From Candidatus Aenigmatarchaeota archaeon (GTDB lineage: Archaea; Aenigmatarchaeota; Aenigmatarchaeia; CG10238-14; WAMV01): DNA of 64,000 nt. Both the position numbers and the translations under genes were made by a program. Below the pieces are notes generated by a model that was not told the origin of the DNA, made no database searches, and was given only the letters and a program-made list of their open reading frames with translations. The stretch is from the NCBI GenBank assembly GCA_015522145.1, contig WAMV01000007.1, positions 15,470-79,469 on the forward strand, given 5' to 3'. Shown here piece after piece: positions 9,821-19,612 of this stretch; position 1 is the stretch's first letter, and each line of letters begins with the position of its first letter.

Positions 9821-10140
9821 TAATTCAATATTTCAATCTGTTCACTTTTATAACCTAGCTGTATTAAATATTCTTTGACTTTTTTCTTATGGTCACCCTG
9901 TAGCTCTATTCTATCATTCTTAAATGTGCCGCCACAAGCAAGCTTTGATTTTAAGAAGGAAGCAACTTTCTTTGGGTTCTCTTTAATGCCTTCTATTATG
10001 GTCATGTTTTTACCAAATCTTCTTTTTTCAGTATAAATCTTTATTTTCTCCTCTTCTTTTTTCAAAGTGTCGCAGATGCAAACATCCTTTGGCAGCCCAC
10101 AAACCTGGCAGGTCTCTTGCATCATCTCTCTACTTTCCAC
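9820..10140 (-). CDS. Translation initiation factor SUI1 (aIF1)
   Basis: N-terminal CxxC zinc ribbon, SUI1 domain RRFGKNMTIIEG...ACGGT. Confidence 0.8.
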   Translation of the reverse strand: MESREMMQETCQVCGLPKDVCICDTLKKEEEKIKIYTEKRRFGKNMTIIEGIKENPKKVASFLKSKLACGGTFKNDRIELQGDHKKKVKEYLIQLGYKSEQIEILN

Positions 10141-10333
10141 CTCTTAGCTTTTCATTCCTTATTGTAAGAATTCTGGCAATAGTTTTTTTAATTAACCTTA
10201 TTTTGGCAGGATTTTTTATGGGTCTTCTTGCTTTAACATTAGCAAGTTCTTTCATAAGCTCTAATTTTAATTCTCTCAACTTTTTATTTAAATCTTCTAT
10301 GCCCATCTTTCTAAGCTCATCAACTCTCTTCAT
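10130..10333 (-). CDS. rpl29: 50S ribosomal protein uL29
   Basis: ELRKMGIEDLNKKLRELKLEL motif. Confidence 0.8.
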   Translation of the reverse strand: MKRVDELRKMGIEDLNKKLRELKLELMKELANVKARRPIKNPAKIRLIKKTIARILTIRNEKLRGGK

Positions 10334-10940
10334 TTGAACTCACCTCTTGCAAATTTTTCTCTAATGCTAATTCTGGTGGTGCTTCTTTTAAAATCCTTAC
10401 CTCTATACCAACAATTCCTGGTTTTAGCAAAGCTTGAGCTCTGCCAACATCTACATAACGTTCAGCATACTCACCAGAATGTATAATAAAGCCAGCTCTA
10501 AACTTCTGAGTTCTTGACCTTTGAACTCCAGCAAGTTTACCAGAAAGTCTTATCTCAACGCCTATAGCACCTTCTTGTAATATCCTCCTAACATAATAAT
10601 TACCAACTTTTTTAAAATGAATGCCTCTCTCCAAAGCCTTTTTGATGCGGGAAGCCACTATATTAGCATCTAAAAACGGATTTTCAACAGTCCTTACCTC
10701 TAATATGGGATTCTCAAACCCAAATTTTTCTTTGATTTCTTTGGCTATTTCTGCAGCTCTTCTTCCGGACCTACCAACAACTAATCCTGGTCTGAAAGCA
10801 TAAACAATTATTCTGGTGCCTAAAGGGGTTCTTTGTATTTCTGACCTGCTGTAGCCTGCTCTTTCAAACTTCTTCCTTAGAAATTCCTCTAAATCTGCTT
10901 CTTTAATTCCTTCCTTTACGAACAGCTTTTCTTTACCCAT
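10320..10940 (-). CDS. rps3: 30S ribosomal protein uS3
   Basis: KH domain plus RTPLGTRIIVYA motif. Confidence 0.9.
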   Translation of the reverse strand: MGKEKLFVKEGIKEADLEEFLRKKFERAGYSRSEIQRTPLGTRIIVYAFRPGLVVGRSGRRAAEIAKEIKEKFGFENPILEVRTVENPFLDANIVASRIKKALERGIHFKKVGNYYVRRILQEGAIGVEIRLSGKLAGVQRSRTQKFRAGFIIHSGEYAERYVDVGRAQALLKPGIVGIEVRILKEAPPELALEKNLQEVSSNEES

Positions 10941-11309
10941 TTATCTCTCCTCCAACACAATTGTTATGTTAGTTGACTTTCTTCTTCTTGCGGCAAACTT
11001 TGCTTTCTTAGCTGGATAGCTATATAAGGTTGTACCTTTATCTGCTTTTGCTATTTTAACAAATAGCTTATCTTCTTTCATATTTTTTTGTCTTGCGTTA
11101 GCCTCTGCTGCTTTCAGAACTTCTAAAATAACTTTAACAGTTTTAGTATAGTATTTCCCATCTATGCTCCTTTTTTTATCCAACAAATCTTGCAAAATTT
11201 TCTTTGCTTTTTTTAGTGGTTTATTTCTGATCAAAGAACAAACAACAACTGAATTCTTTAGCGATATAGGTTGATTTCTTGCAAAAGCTCTGGTCTGCAT
11301 GGCTATCAC
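10941..11309 (-). CDS. rpl22: 50S ribosomal protein uL22
   Basis: Similarity and cluster position. Confidence 0.85.
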   Translation of the reverse strand: MIAMQTRAFARNQPISLKNSVVVCSLIRNKPLKKAKKILQDLLDKKRSIDGKYYTKTVKVILEVLKAAEANARQKNMKEDKLFVKIAKADKGTTLYSYPAKKAKFAARRRKSTNITIVLEER

Positions 11310-11692
11310 TTCTTAACAGAAATGTGCTTACTGCTTCTGGAAGCACCTATTCCTGGGGCTGAATGCTCAACTTTCTTAACAGGTATTGAAAACTCACCAA
11401 GCCTTCTTCCTATCATCTCTGGCTTAATTTCAACTGTAACAAATTCTTTGCCATTATAAACTCCTATTTTCCTACCTACCATCTCAGGCAAAATAATCAT
11501 GTCTCGCAAATGAGTTTTTATGTACTTATCTGGATGCTTTCTTAGCTTTTCCAAAAATTTTTTCTCTTCTTCAGTTAAACCTCTAAGCAACTTTCTTCTT
11601 GCTCTTGCCTTAAAAAGTCTAGCCAATTCTTTAAGACTCATTTTCTTCAATTCTTCAAGTGTATAGCCTCTGTAGGTAAACTTCTTTGCCAT
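11306..11692 (-). CDS. rps19: 30S ribosomal protein uS19
   Basis: [21 protein letters not shown] motif. Confidence 0.9.
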   Translation of the reverse strand: MAKKFTYRGYTLEELKKMSLKELARLFKARARRKLLRGLTEEEKKFLEKLRKHPDKYIKTHLRDMIILPEMVGRKIGVYNGKEFVTVEIKPEMIGRRLGEFSIPVKKVEHSAPGIGASRSSKHISVKK

Positions 11693-11778
11693 AGTCTCGA
11701 TAAAAAATTGTTAGCAAGGTGATTTATAAATTTTTGAAATTGCTAGCATTTTAAAAATAAAATCATTAAATAAGAGTT

Positions 11779-13215
11779 ATGGAAGAAGAGAACATTAAGC
11801 CTGAGAAAATACCTGAAAAGGAAAATTTTATAGAATGGTATAATGCTGTAATACAGCTTGCTGAAGTTGTTGATAGGCGTTATCCTGTTAAAGGAACTTT
11901 TGTTTGGATGCCCTTTGGTTTAAAATTGATGAAAAAAATAGTAGCTTACTGGGATAAGCTATTTAAAGAGAATGGTATAGAAGAGGTTTACTTTCCTTTA
12001 TTTGTGCCTTTGGGTTATGCCAAAATAAATGAAGAGTGGTTTTCTGGTTTTAAAGATGAATTGTTTTACATTTATGATTCTCAGGGCAATTCTCTAGATT
12101 TGGTTCTAAGACCTACAGGAGAGCCTGCTATGTACCCAATCTTTAGAATGTGGATAAAAGATGGAAAGCTCCCAATAAAGGTTTACCAAACCGTTTCCTC
12201 TTTTAGAAAAGAGGGGAAGACTACACACACAATGATAAGAGACAGGGAAATAACTTTTTGGTATGAAATTCATACAGTGCATAAAACTAAAGAAGAGGCT
12301 GAAGAAGAAGTAAAAAAACATTTGGATATGAACATAAAAATTTGGAAAGAATTGTTAAACATTCCTCCTATAGTTGTTGCTAAGCCAAAATATGAAATAT
12401 TTCCTGGTGCAGTTTCTGCGCTAGAGTTTTACTCTATTTTGCCTAATGGTAGGCTTCTGGAAAACGGAAGCGTTAATAACTTAGGCCAGGCCTATGCAAA
12501 GAAATTTGATTTGTATATTGTGGAAAATGGAAAAAAGGAGTATTGCTGGCAAGTGTGTACGGGCAATGGTGCCAGATACTTGGTAGCTGTTATAGCTTTG
12601 CATGGAGATGAAAGAGGTTTAGTATTGCCTCCAAAAATTGCGCCTATAGAGGTTGTTATAATTCCTATTTACACAAAAGAAAACAAAGAAGGTGTTTTGG
12701 AAGAAGCTAAAAAGCTTGAAAAAAAGCTAAAAGAATTTGGCTTCAAAGCTTATGCTGATTTAAACGAAAAGATTACACCTGGTGAGAAATTCAACATATG
12801 GGATATAAAAGGCATACCTATAAGAATAGAGCTCGGCCCAAAAGAAATAGAAAGCCAAATACTAACTGTGTACAGAAGGGATAGGAAAGAAAGAATGAAA
12901 ATAAAATACAATGAAATAGAAAAAATAAAAGAATTGTTAAACCAAATAAGTGAAGATCTCTACGATAAAGTTCAAAACTTTTATGATGAAGTAATAAAAA
13001 GAGCCAATTCTTGGGAAGAAGTAGAAAAAATAGTTAAAGAGGGTAAAGTAGCTAAAGCAAATTGGTGTGAAAGTAAAGAATGTTATGATGAAATTTCTAT
13101 GCGTATAGAAAGTGTTGAGGCAATAGGAACGTTGATAGATGAAAAAGAAAATGGTAGCTGCGTGATTTGTGGTAAGGAAACTGAGAAGCTTGCGTTAATT
13201 GGTAAGGTTTATTGA
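11779..13215 (+). CDS. proS: Prolyl-tRNA synthetase (archaeal/eukaryotic type)
   Basis: Class II motifs, 478 aa, C-terminal zinc-binding domain (CVICGKE). Sits antisense between rps19 and rpl2. Confidence 0.9.
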   Translation: MEEENIKPEKIPEKENFIEWYNAVIQLAEVVDRRYPVKGTFVWMPFGLKLMKKIVAYWDKLFKENGIEEVYFPLFVPLGYAKINEEWFSGFKDELFYIYDSQGNSLDLVLRPTGEPAMYPIFRMWIKDGKLPIKVYQTVSSFRKEGKTTHTMIRDREITFWYEIHTVHKTKEEAEEEVKKHLDMNIKIWKELLNIPPIVVAKPKYEIFPGAVSALEFYSILPNGRLLENGSVNNLGQAYAKKFDLYIVENGKKEYCWQVCTGNGARYLVAVIALHGDERGLVLPPKIAPIEVVIIPIYTKENKEGVLEEAKKLEKKLKEFGFKAYADLNEKITPGEKFNIWDIKGIPIRIELGPKEIESQILTVYRRDRKERMKIKYNEIEKIKELLNQISEDLYDKVQNFYDEVIKRANSWEEVEKIVKEGKVAKANWCESKECYDEISMRIESVEAIGTLIDEKENGSCVICGKETEKLALIGKVY

Positions 13216-13919
13216 GTTTGTTTTTTCCTTCTTTTCCTGACACCAACTCTTCTTGCTGCTATGCTACCTACTTTAGCTCCTGGTGGGGCATGCCTGCTAA
13301 CAACTTTCTGTCTTGGTCTGTGGCTTTTTCCACCAAATGGATGGTCTACAGGATTCATAACGTTTGCTTTAACCCTAGGATAAAGTTTTCCTCTTGCTTG
13401 CATGGCTATATGCTTCTTTCCAGCCTTAACCCAAGGCTTTTCTTTTATTCCAGCTGCTGCTGGAACTCCTATGGTTGCTAAGCATTTCTCATCAAGCTCT
13501 TTAAGCTTACCACTAGCTAGTTGAATTATTACCTTATCTTTTGTTTTTCCAACAACAGTAGCATAGCTACCTGCACTTCTACAAAGCTTAGGTCCAGAAC
13601 CTGGATAAGTTTCTATACCAAAAATTTTGGTGCCTTCTGGTATGTTCTTGAGCTGAGCTATGCTACCTGTTGTTAGTTGAGAATTGAAATAAACTGTGTC
13701 CCCAACTTTTATTCCCATTGGGGCAATGTTCAAAAATTGCTCTCCCTCATTAGTCTTGATTATCATAACAGGAGCGCTTCTTCCAGGATCATGAAGTATG
13801 TCAACAACCTTGCCTGTGGTAAAAGGTTTATACTCAACTTTACCAACATACCTATGGCTAGGAGCCCTATACCTTGGTCCTCCTTTACCCCTGGCCCTAG
13901 CAATTATTCTCTTACCCAT
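13209..13919 (-). CDS. rpl2: 50S ribosomal protein uL2
   Basis: GRSAPVMIIK and HPFGG motifs. Confidence 0.9.
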   Translation of the reverse strand: MGKRIIARARGKGGPRYRAPSHRYVGKVEYKPFTTGKVVDILHDPGRSAPVMIIKTNEGEQFLNIAPMGIKVGDTVYFNSQLTTGSIAQLKNIPEGTKIFGIETYPGSGPKLCRSAGSYATVVGKTKDKVIIQLASGKLKELDEKCLATIGVPAAAGIKEKPWVKAGKKHIAMQARGKLYPRVKANVMNPVDHPFGGKSHRPRQKVVSRHAPPGAKVGSIAARRVGVRKRRKKQTQ

Positions 13920-13927
13920 AACATCAC

Positions 13928-14206
13928 CTACATTATACCTAGCTTAGTTGCTACATCTATAGCTTTATATTCTGGCTTTAGCTTAATTATTGCTTTCTTT
14001 TCACCTTTAAAAGTTATCATTGTGTTAACCTTATCCACTTTAACCTGGAAAAGTTTTTCAAAAGCCTCCTTTATTTGCTGCTTATTTGCTTTTCGATCCA
14101 CTATAAAGGTTATTTTATTTTCTTTCTCAATTAGGCTAATTGTTTTTTCAGTTACATAAGGGTACTTCAATATTTTAAAAGGGTCTTTTAGCTTAGTTTT
14201 TGCCAT
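13928..14206 (-). CDS. rpl23: 50S ribosomal protein uL23
   Basis: [11 protein letters not shown] motif. Confidence 0.85.
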   Translation of the reverse strand: MAKTKLKDPFKILKYPYVTEKTISLIEKENKITFIVDRKANKQQIKEAFEKLFQVKVDKVNTMITFKGEKKAIIKLKPEYKAIDVATKLGIM

Positions 14207-15015
14207 ATTTCTCCCAACCTCTCTATAGCTGATTTTGTAAATATTGTTAGCCTGCCAGGATGTGCTCCTGGTGCAAGATATTCTGCGCTCAAATTCTCAA
14301 CCCTAACAACATGACAGCCAGGCAAGTTTTTAATAGCTTTGCCTATTCCCTCATCTTTATCCACCACAAATAATATGCCTACTCTTTTCCTATATCTTCT
14401 GCCTCTCATCTTGCCTTTGCCAGCCCTAACTTTCTTTTTCTTAATTCTTTTTAGCTCTTCTTCCAAGCCAATCTTCTTTAAAAACTCTACAAGCTCTTTG
14501 GTTTTAGAGATTTTTTGAATATCGTCCTCTACCACTATAGGCAAAGAAGATAAGTTTTGAACTTTGTGGCCTCTGGCTTGTACAAGCTCTTTGACTGCAG
14601 TGGCTGCTATCGCTGAAGCTATGGCAAGCCTTCTCTCTTTTTTGTTTATTTTTTGCTCCCAGACTTTCTCAACTTTTGGTGGATGGGCACGCATACCTTT
14701 CCTTACATTACTAGACCTTCTAGCAACGAACATCATATGGGGTGGTGCATTACCATGAATTCTTGCATGCCTTGCCATTTCCCTATCCATCATTAAGTAC
14801 TCTGCCCTTAGCCTTCTTCTGCCATGATAATGAGCTGAAGTTCTCTTGCCTGCATAAACATCTGTACCATAAGGTTGCCTTTTCTTGCTTTGCGTAGCTA
14901 GAAATGCTCTTTTTATCAAATCCTCCCTAATAGGAGTGGAAAAAACTTTTGGTAGCTTTACTTTGCCTACTACTTCACCATTTATCGAGTAAAGGTTAGC
15001 CTCTTTCATAAACAA
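14188..15015 (-). CDS. rpl4: 50S ribosomal protein uL4
   Basis: Similarity and position. Confidence 0.9.
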   Translation of the reverse strand: MFMKEANLYSINGEVVGKVKLPKVFSTPIREDLIKRAFLATQSKKRQPYGTDVYAGKRTSAHYHGRRRLRAEYLMMDREMARHARIHGNAPPHMMFVARRSSNVRKGMRAHPPKVEKVWEQKINKKERRLAIASAIAATAVKELVQARGHKVQNLSSLPIVVEDDIQKISKTKELVEFLKKIGLEEELKRIKKKKVRAGKGKMRGRRYRKRVGILFVVDKDEGIGKAIKNLPGCHVVRVENLSAEYLAPGAHPGRLTIFTKSAIERLGEIWQKLS

Positions 15016-15976
15016 CCTCCTTTATTGGATAAATTACTTTTTTAAGTTTATGAGGTCTTATAGCTTCCCTTAAAATTATCAACCTCTTTTTTGGGCCGGG
15101 TACAGAGCCGTGAATTAATACATACTTAGTTCTTACTAAACCATATTTGTGATGACCTGATTTTGGATTTATCTCTTGACCATTACCTATCTTGAGAATT
15201 CTTTTATTATATTCTGTTCTTTGTTGAAAGCCTAGCTGTCCAGCTTGGGGAACTGTATAAAGCACTTTCGCAGGATTCTCTGATCCTAGAGTACCAACAT
15301 GTCTTCTTTTCTTTTTTGCTTTTCTTGTCTGGATTTTAACGCCAAACCTCTTGACAGGGCCTGCTGTACCTTTACCTTTGGTTATTCCTATAACATCAAC
15401 CAGAACACCTTCTTCAAAAACCTCGCTTATATCAAGCTCCTTGCCTAGTTTTTGTTTTGCGTATTCCCAAGCATCTTTAGCATTGCCTCCAACTTCGATT
15501 TCAAAAACTTCTGGTTTCTTTTTTCTTACGCCTGAGATTTTTGGCTGAGTAGCTACAATCAGCCTGACTTTCTCTATTTTATCCAAACTGTTTTCTATTT
15601 CCTTAAGTTTTTTGTCTATATCGTGTGGGTTTAATGTTTTTATCTTCCTCTTTATTTCTGGCGGCAAATTTTTGGTCCAAACTTCAGAAAAAACCTTTAA
15701 GCCTTTTGTTGTTTTTTCATACACTCTTATACCCACAACAAGTAGGGGTGGGACCTCTATTATAGTTGCTGGCAAAGCTATATCTTCGTTATAGCTTAAT
15801 GAAGTTTGGACAGGGTCCTTAGCTATTACGTGAACCATACCGACTTTGTAGCCTGCGAAAGCTAATGGCTTTACTTTTTCGCTTTTAGGAAAGTTTATTC
15901 TTGGATAGATTCTTCTAGCTCTAACTCTAGGATAAAAAGCCATGCTTCCTGCTCTTGGCTTGCTATCTTTTACCAT
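14996..15976 (-). CDS. rpl3: 50S ribosomal protein uL3
   Basis: FAGYKVGMVHV motif. First gene of the minus-strand half-cluster. Confidence 0.9.
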   Translation of the reverse strand: MVKDSKPRAGSMAFYPRVRARRIYPRINFPKSEKVKPLAFAGYKVGMVHVIAKDPVQTSLSYNEDIALPATIIEVPPLLVVGIRVYEKTTKGLKVFSEVWTKNLPPEIKRKIKTLNPHDIDKKLKEIENSLDKIEKVRLIVATQPKISGVRKKKPEVFEIEVGGNAKDAWEYAKQKLGKELDISEVFEEGVLVDVIGITKGKGTAGPVKRFGVKIQTRKAKKKRRHVGTLGSENPAKVLYTVPQAGQLGFQQRTEYNKRILKIGNGQEINPKSGHHKYGLVRTKYVLIHGSVPGPKKRLIILREAIRPHKLKKVIYPIKEVVYERG

Positions 15977-15996
15977 ATTCTAGCCTCTTTTTTGGT

Positions 15997-16007
15997 ATAT
16001 TATTAAT
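15997..16007. promoter_or_regulatory. Near-palindromic AT-rich element (TATATTATTAA), candidate shared TATA box for divergent leaderless rpl3 and HIT-like transcripts
   Basis: Only 54 bp separate the rpl3 ATG (15976) and the HIT ATG (16031). The element lies about 21-31 nt upstream of each start. Confidence 0.3.
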
Positions 16008-16030
16008 TTTTGGATAAGGTTAATATAGTT

Positions 16031-16504
16031 ATGGTAGATTGTGTAATTTGTTCTATAGCTCAAAAGAAAATTAAATCCTTTATTATCTATGAGAGCTCTG
16101 ACTTTATAGCATTTTTAGACATAATGCCTAGAGTTAAAGGCATGACAATTGTTGCTCCAAAAGAGCATGTAACTAGCTTAGTAGATTATGATAAAGCATT
16201 TGAGCTAATGAAAACAGTTTTGAAAGTTGCTAAACAAATTAAGGTCGAATTAAATGCAAAATCTGTAATAATTAGCAATTTACCCACACAATCCGGCCAT
16301 TTAATAATTAAACTGTACCCTATAAAAGAAGATACAGAATTCCCCTTATTTGAAAAAGATCCCATAAGGTTAGATGAAAAAGATCTAATGGATCTTTTAG
16401 AAAAATTGAAAATAGAAGAAATTGAAGAGTATGAAAAAAAGAAAATTCAAGAAAGGGATGTAGAATATATGGAAAAATTAAAACGGGAGTGGGAGTTTAC
16501 TTAA
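16031..16504 (+). CDS. HIT-family-like protein with degenerate histidine triad and acidic coiled-coil C-terminal tail
   Basis: MVDCVICSI...FLDIMPRVKGMTIVAPKEH matches the HIT fold. The triad position reads GHLIIKL rather than HxHxH. The ORF track's start at 16010 is a TTG. The ATG at 16031 fits HIT N-termini better. Confidence 0.45.
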   Translation: MVDCVICSIAQKKIKSFIIYESSDFIAFLDIMPRVKGMTIVAPKEHVTSLVDYDKAFELMKTVLKVAKQIKVELNAKSVIISNLPTQSGHLIIKLYPIKEDTEFPLFEKDPIRLDEKDLMDLLEKLKIEEIEEYEKKKIQERDVEYMEKLKREWEFT

Positions 16505-16536
16505 TTTTTTAAACCCCGTTTAAAAACTAAATTATT

Positions 16537-17028
16537 ATGGTTAAACTAGAGACTGTTAAAATAGAAGCTAGGGAAGGAGTTAATGTTATAATTGGTACAT
16601 CTCATTTCATAAAAACCGTAGAAGATTTATATGAGGCTTTAGTTAATAGCGTACCAGATATAAAGTTTGGTTTAGCATTTTGTGAAGCCTCTGGAGACAG
16701 GCTAGTAAGGTATGATGGAAATGATGAAGAGCTTATAGAATTAGCAAAACAAAAAGCTTTAGAGATTGGAGCTGGGCATAGCTTCATAATCTTCATAAAA
16801 AATGCTTTTCCCATAAACGTGCTTGATAGAATAAAAGCTGTACCCGAAGTTGTCAATATACTTGCAGCTACTGGCAATCCTGTAGAAATTATAATAGCTG
16901 AGACTGAGCAAGGGAGAGCTATTATTGGTATAGTAGACGGGCAAAAACCTTTAGGTATAGAAGATGAAAACAAAATAAAAGAAAGAAAAGAGTTCTTAAG
17001 AAAAATTGGTTATAAACAACAACCTTAG
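16537..17028 (+). CDS. Conserved archaeal protein, possibly PF04008 (adenosine-specific kinase-like) family
   Basis: 163 aa. Family assignment from memory of motifs ([17 protein letters not shown]), not verified. Confidence 0.3.
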   Translation: MVKLETVKIEAREGVNVIIGTSHFIKTVEDLYEALVNSVPDIKFGLAFCEASGDRLVRYDGNDEELIELAKQKALEIGAGHSFIIFIKNAFPINVLDRIKAVPEVVNILAATGNPVEIIIAETEQGRAIIGIVDGQKPLGIEDENKIKERKEFLRKIGYKQQP

Positions 17029-17046
17029 CAAATAGTAAGATTTAAA

Positions 17047-17457
17047 TTGAAACCTTCTAAATTCATTAGTATGAGACACAATTTGCTGGCAGATGCGTTA
17101 TCAATGATAAAGAATGCTGAAAGAGTGGGAAAGAAAGAAGTAGTTATACCCGCTAGCAAACTAATAGGTAATGTGCTAGAAGTTATGAAAAAATACAATT
17201 ATATAGAGGGTTATGAATTTGTTGACGACGGCAAATCAGGCAAGTTTAAAGTTAAGCTCATAGGTAAGATTAACAACTGTAATGTTATATCACCAAGGTT
17301 TTCCACAAAGATTGATGAGTTTGAAAAGTGGGAAAAAAGATTTTTGCCAGCAGTTAACTTTGGTATTTTAATTTTAACTACCCCCAAAGGTGTTATGAGT
17401 CATCATGAAGCAAAAAAACTTGGTATAGGTGGTCAGCTTTTAGCTTATGTTTATTAA
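17047..17457 (+). CDS. rps8: 30S ribosomal protein uS8
   Basis: [19 protein letters not shown] motif. Confidence 0.9.
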   Translation: MKPSKFISMRHNLLADALSMIKNAERVGKKEVVIPASKLIGNVLEVMKKYNYIEGYEFVDDGKSGKFKVKLIGKINNCNVISPRFSTKIDEFEKWEKRFLPAVNFGILILTTPKGVMSHHEAKKLGIGGQLLAYVY

Positions 17458-17466
17458 GGTGAAACC

Positions 17467-18009
17467 ATGCCTTTCAAAAAAGTTATAGAAGTGCCAGAAG
17501 ATGTAAGCGTAGAAATTGAAAATTATAAAATAAAAGCTTCTGGTCCCTTAGGTGCGCTAGAAAAGGAACTTAAAGAGCTTGAACGTTTTGATGAAATAAA
17601 GATAGAGAAACAAGACAACAAAATAATTGTTAGAATAGAGGGAAAGGAAAGAAGAAAAGTAAAAGCAATGGCTGGTAAAATAGCTGCTTTAATCAGAAAT
17701 GCTATAAAAGGCGTAAAAGAAGGATTCACTTACAAAATGAGAATTGTTTATTCTCACTTCCCCATAAAAGTTGAAATAAAAGACAATGAAGTAATAATAA
17801 ACAACTTCCTGGGTGAAAGAACGCCAAGAATTGCTAAGATTGTTGGCAACACTAAGGTAGAAATTAAAGGTCAGGATATAATAGTGACATCTGTAGATAA
17901 AGAGGAGGCAGGACAAACAGCAGGAAATATAGAGCAAGCAACCAGAATAACAGGAAAGGACAGAAGAGTGTTTCAGGATGGAATTTTTATAGTGGAGAAG
18001 CCAAAATGA
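17467..18009 (+). CDS. rpl6: 50S ribosomal protein uL6
   Basis: Similarity and position. Confidence 0.9.
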   Translation: MPFKKVIEVPEDVSVEIENYKIKASGPLGALEKELKELERFDEIKIEKQDNKIIVRIEGKERRKVKAMAGKIAALIRNAIKGVKEGFTYKMRIVYSHFPIKVEIKDNEVIINNFLGERTPRIAKIVGNTKVEIKGQDIIVTSVDKEEAGQTAGNIEQATRITGKDRRVFQDGIFIVEKPK

Positions 18010-18482
18010 TGGCGAAAATAGTAAGTTTTGTCTTTTCTCTTTTATCCTATTTTTTCAAAAAACCTACCATAGCCACCGATGTGGTTGTTGAGAAGAATGG
18101 TAAAATTTTGCTTATAAAAAGAACTTTCTGGCCATATGATAATTACTATAGCTTACCAGGGGGCATGGTGGAATATGGAGAAAGAGTTGAAGATGCTGCT
18201 AAACGAGAGCTTTACGAAGAAACTGGTTTAAAAGCTAAGGAATTAAAACTGTTGGGTGTTTTCTCTGACCCCAAAAGAGACCCTAGATGGCATGCTATAA
18301 CTATAGCATTTGCTGTTACTAAATTCAGTGGTCAAATAAGACCTAGCATAGAAAGCAAAGAAGTTGTCTGGATGGACATTAGAAAAGTAAAAAAACTTAA
18401 ATTAGCATTTGACCATAACAAAATCATTAACACTTATTTAAGGTGGAAATATGGTCAATCCAAAGAAAAAAATAAGGTTTAG
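18006..18482 (+). CDS. NUDIX hydrolase
   Basis: Nudix box GGMVEYGERVEDAAKRELYEETGL. Overlaps rpl6 (ATGA) and rpl32e. Confidence 0.75.
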   Translation: MMAKIVSFVFSLLSYFFKKPTIATDVVVEKNGKILLIKRTFWPYDNYYSLPGGMVEYGERVEDAAKRELYEETGLKAKELKLLGVFSDPKRDPRWHAITIAFAVTKFSGQIRPSIESKEVVWMDIRKVKKLKLAFDHNKIINTYLRWKYGQSKEKNKV

Positions 18483-18798
18483 AAGACAGATGAGCGAAGC
18501 TTATGTTAGAGTTAAAGAAAGTTGGCGCAGGCCTAGAGGTCAAACCAATAAAGTTAGAAAAGAGTATAAGGGTAAAATCGCTAAAGTAAAGATTGGTTAT
18601 AAAGCTGATGCCAATCTTAGATTTTTACATCCTTCTGGCTACAAAGAAGTACTAGTTCATAACTTAAAAGAACTGGAAAAGGTGGATCCAAAAACTCAAG
18701 CTGTAAGAATTGCCAGCACTGTTGGTAAAAAGAAGAGAATGAAAATAATCAAAAAAGCCGAAGAGCTTGGAATAAAAGTTTTAAATCCTCAGCTATAA
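18451..18798 (+). CDS. rpl32e: 50S ribosomal protein eL32
   Basis: WRRPRGQTNKVR motif. Confidence 0.85.
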   Translation: MVNPKKKIRFRRQMSEAYVRVKESWRRPRGQTNKVRKEYKGKIAKVKIGYKADANLRFLHPSGYKEVLVHNLKELEKVDPKTQAVRIASTVGKKKRMKIIKKAEELGIKVLNPQL

Positions 18799-19574
18799 GC
18801 TAAGGCTCTTAACAAATCTTTTTTTGTTATTATGCCTACCAAGCTTCCATTTTCTATTACTGGCAGGCCAGAAATGTCATGCTCTAACATTATTTTGGCT
18901 GCCTTGCTCAGAGTATCTTCTGGACTTATTGTTATAACATTTTTGCTCATTATGTCTTGAACTGTATATTGTCTCAATTTTTCATTCCAGTGTTTTCCTT
19001 CTGCTCTTTGCCTAAACTTTTGCAGAAAGTTTGAAATATCAGAATAACAAAGCATGCCTACTAGCTCATTGCCCCTAACAACCGGCAAGCGAGAAATTTT
19101 TTTGTTAATGAGTATTTTTCTTGCCTCTAAAATTCTTGTGGTTGGTGCAACAGTAGTAACTTTTCTATGCATAAATTCCCTAACCTTTCTTTTATCTTGT
19201 ATCAGAGCTTTTATTAAATCCGTTTTTGTAATTATGCCTACTATTTTCTCATTATCAATAACAATTAAGCTAGATATATCATTTTTTAACATTAACTTTG
19301 CGGCTTCCTTTATGTCAGCATTTGCTTTTATAGTTACTAGTTTTTTTGAATAACAAGAAGAAACGTATACGTGAGCGTCTGATATGCTTCTTTCTTTTTC
19401 ATGTCCGAGTCTCCTAGCCAAATCTTTAAAAGTTACTATACCAACAATTTCTTTGTTTTTAGTAACTAAAAGACGAGAAATATTGTGTTTATTCATTAAT
19501 TTTACCGCATTACGCACTGGTGAGTTTGCATCTATAGTAATTAAGTTCTTGTTAGCAAGTTCTATAACCTTCAC
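18789..19574 (-). CDS. CBS-domain protein (four CBS repeats)
   Basis: Repeated hxxPxVxxxGxLVGIITxxDL motifs. Confidence 0.7.
   Translation of the reverse strand: MKVIELANKNLITIDANSPVRNAVKLMNKHNISRLLVTKNKEIVGIVTFKDLARRLGHEKERSISDAHVYVSSCYSKKLVTIKANADIKEAAKLMLKNDISSLIVIDNEKIVGIITKTDLIKALIQDKRKVREFMHRKVTTVAPTTRILEARKILINKKISRLPVVRGNELVGMLCYSDISNFLQKFRQRAEGKHWNEKLRQYTVQDIMSKNVITISPEDTLSKAAKIMLEHDISGLPVIENGSLVGIITKKDLLRALAYS
18819..18825 (+). terminator. Oligo-T tract, candidate archaeal terminator after rpl32e
   Basis: T7 run 21 nt past the rpl32e stop. Confidence 0.3.
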
Positions 19575-19612
19575 AAATATAGTTTTTTGTTTTCCAATTA
19601 AATTTTTATTTT

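Noticed and set aside
12106-12321. Minus-strand 71-aa ORF inside proS, and similar short antisense ORFs inside rpl2, rpl4, thermosome (61614-62156, 62535-62810), Rad50 (46410-46754) and aIF5B (41931-42776)
   Set aside because: All are antisense shadows of well-supported genes in AT-rich or low-complexity sequence. No independent evidence.
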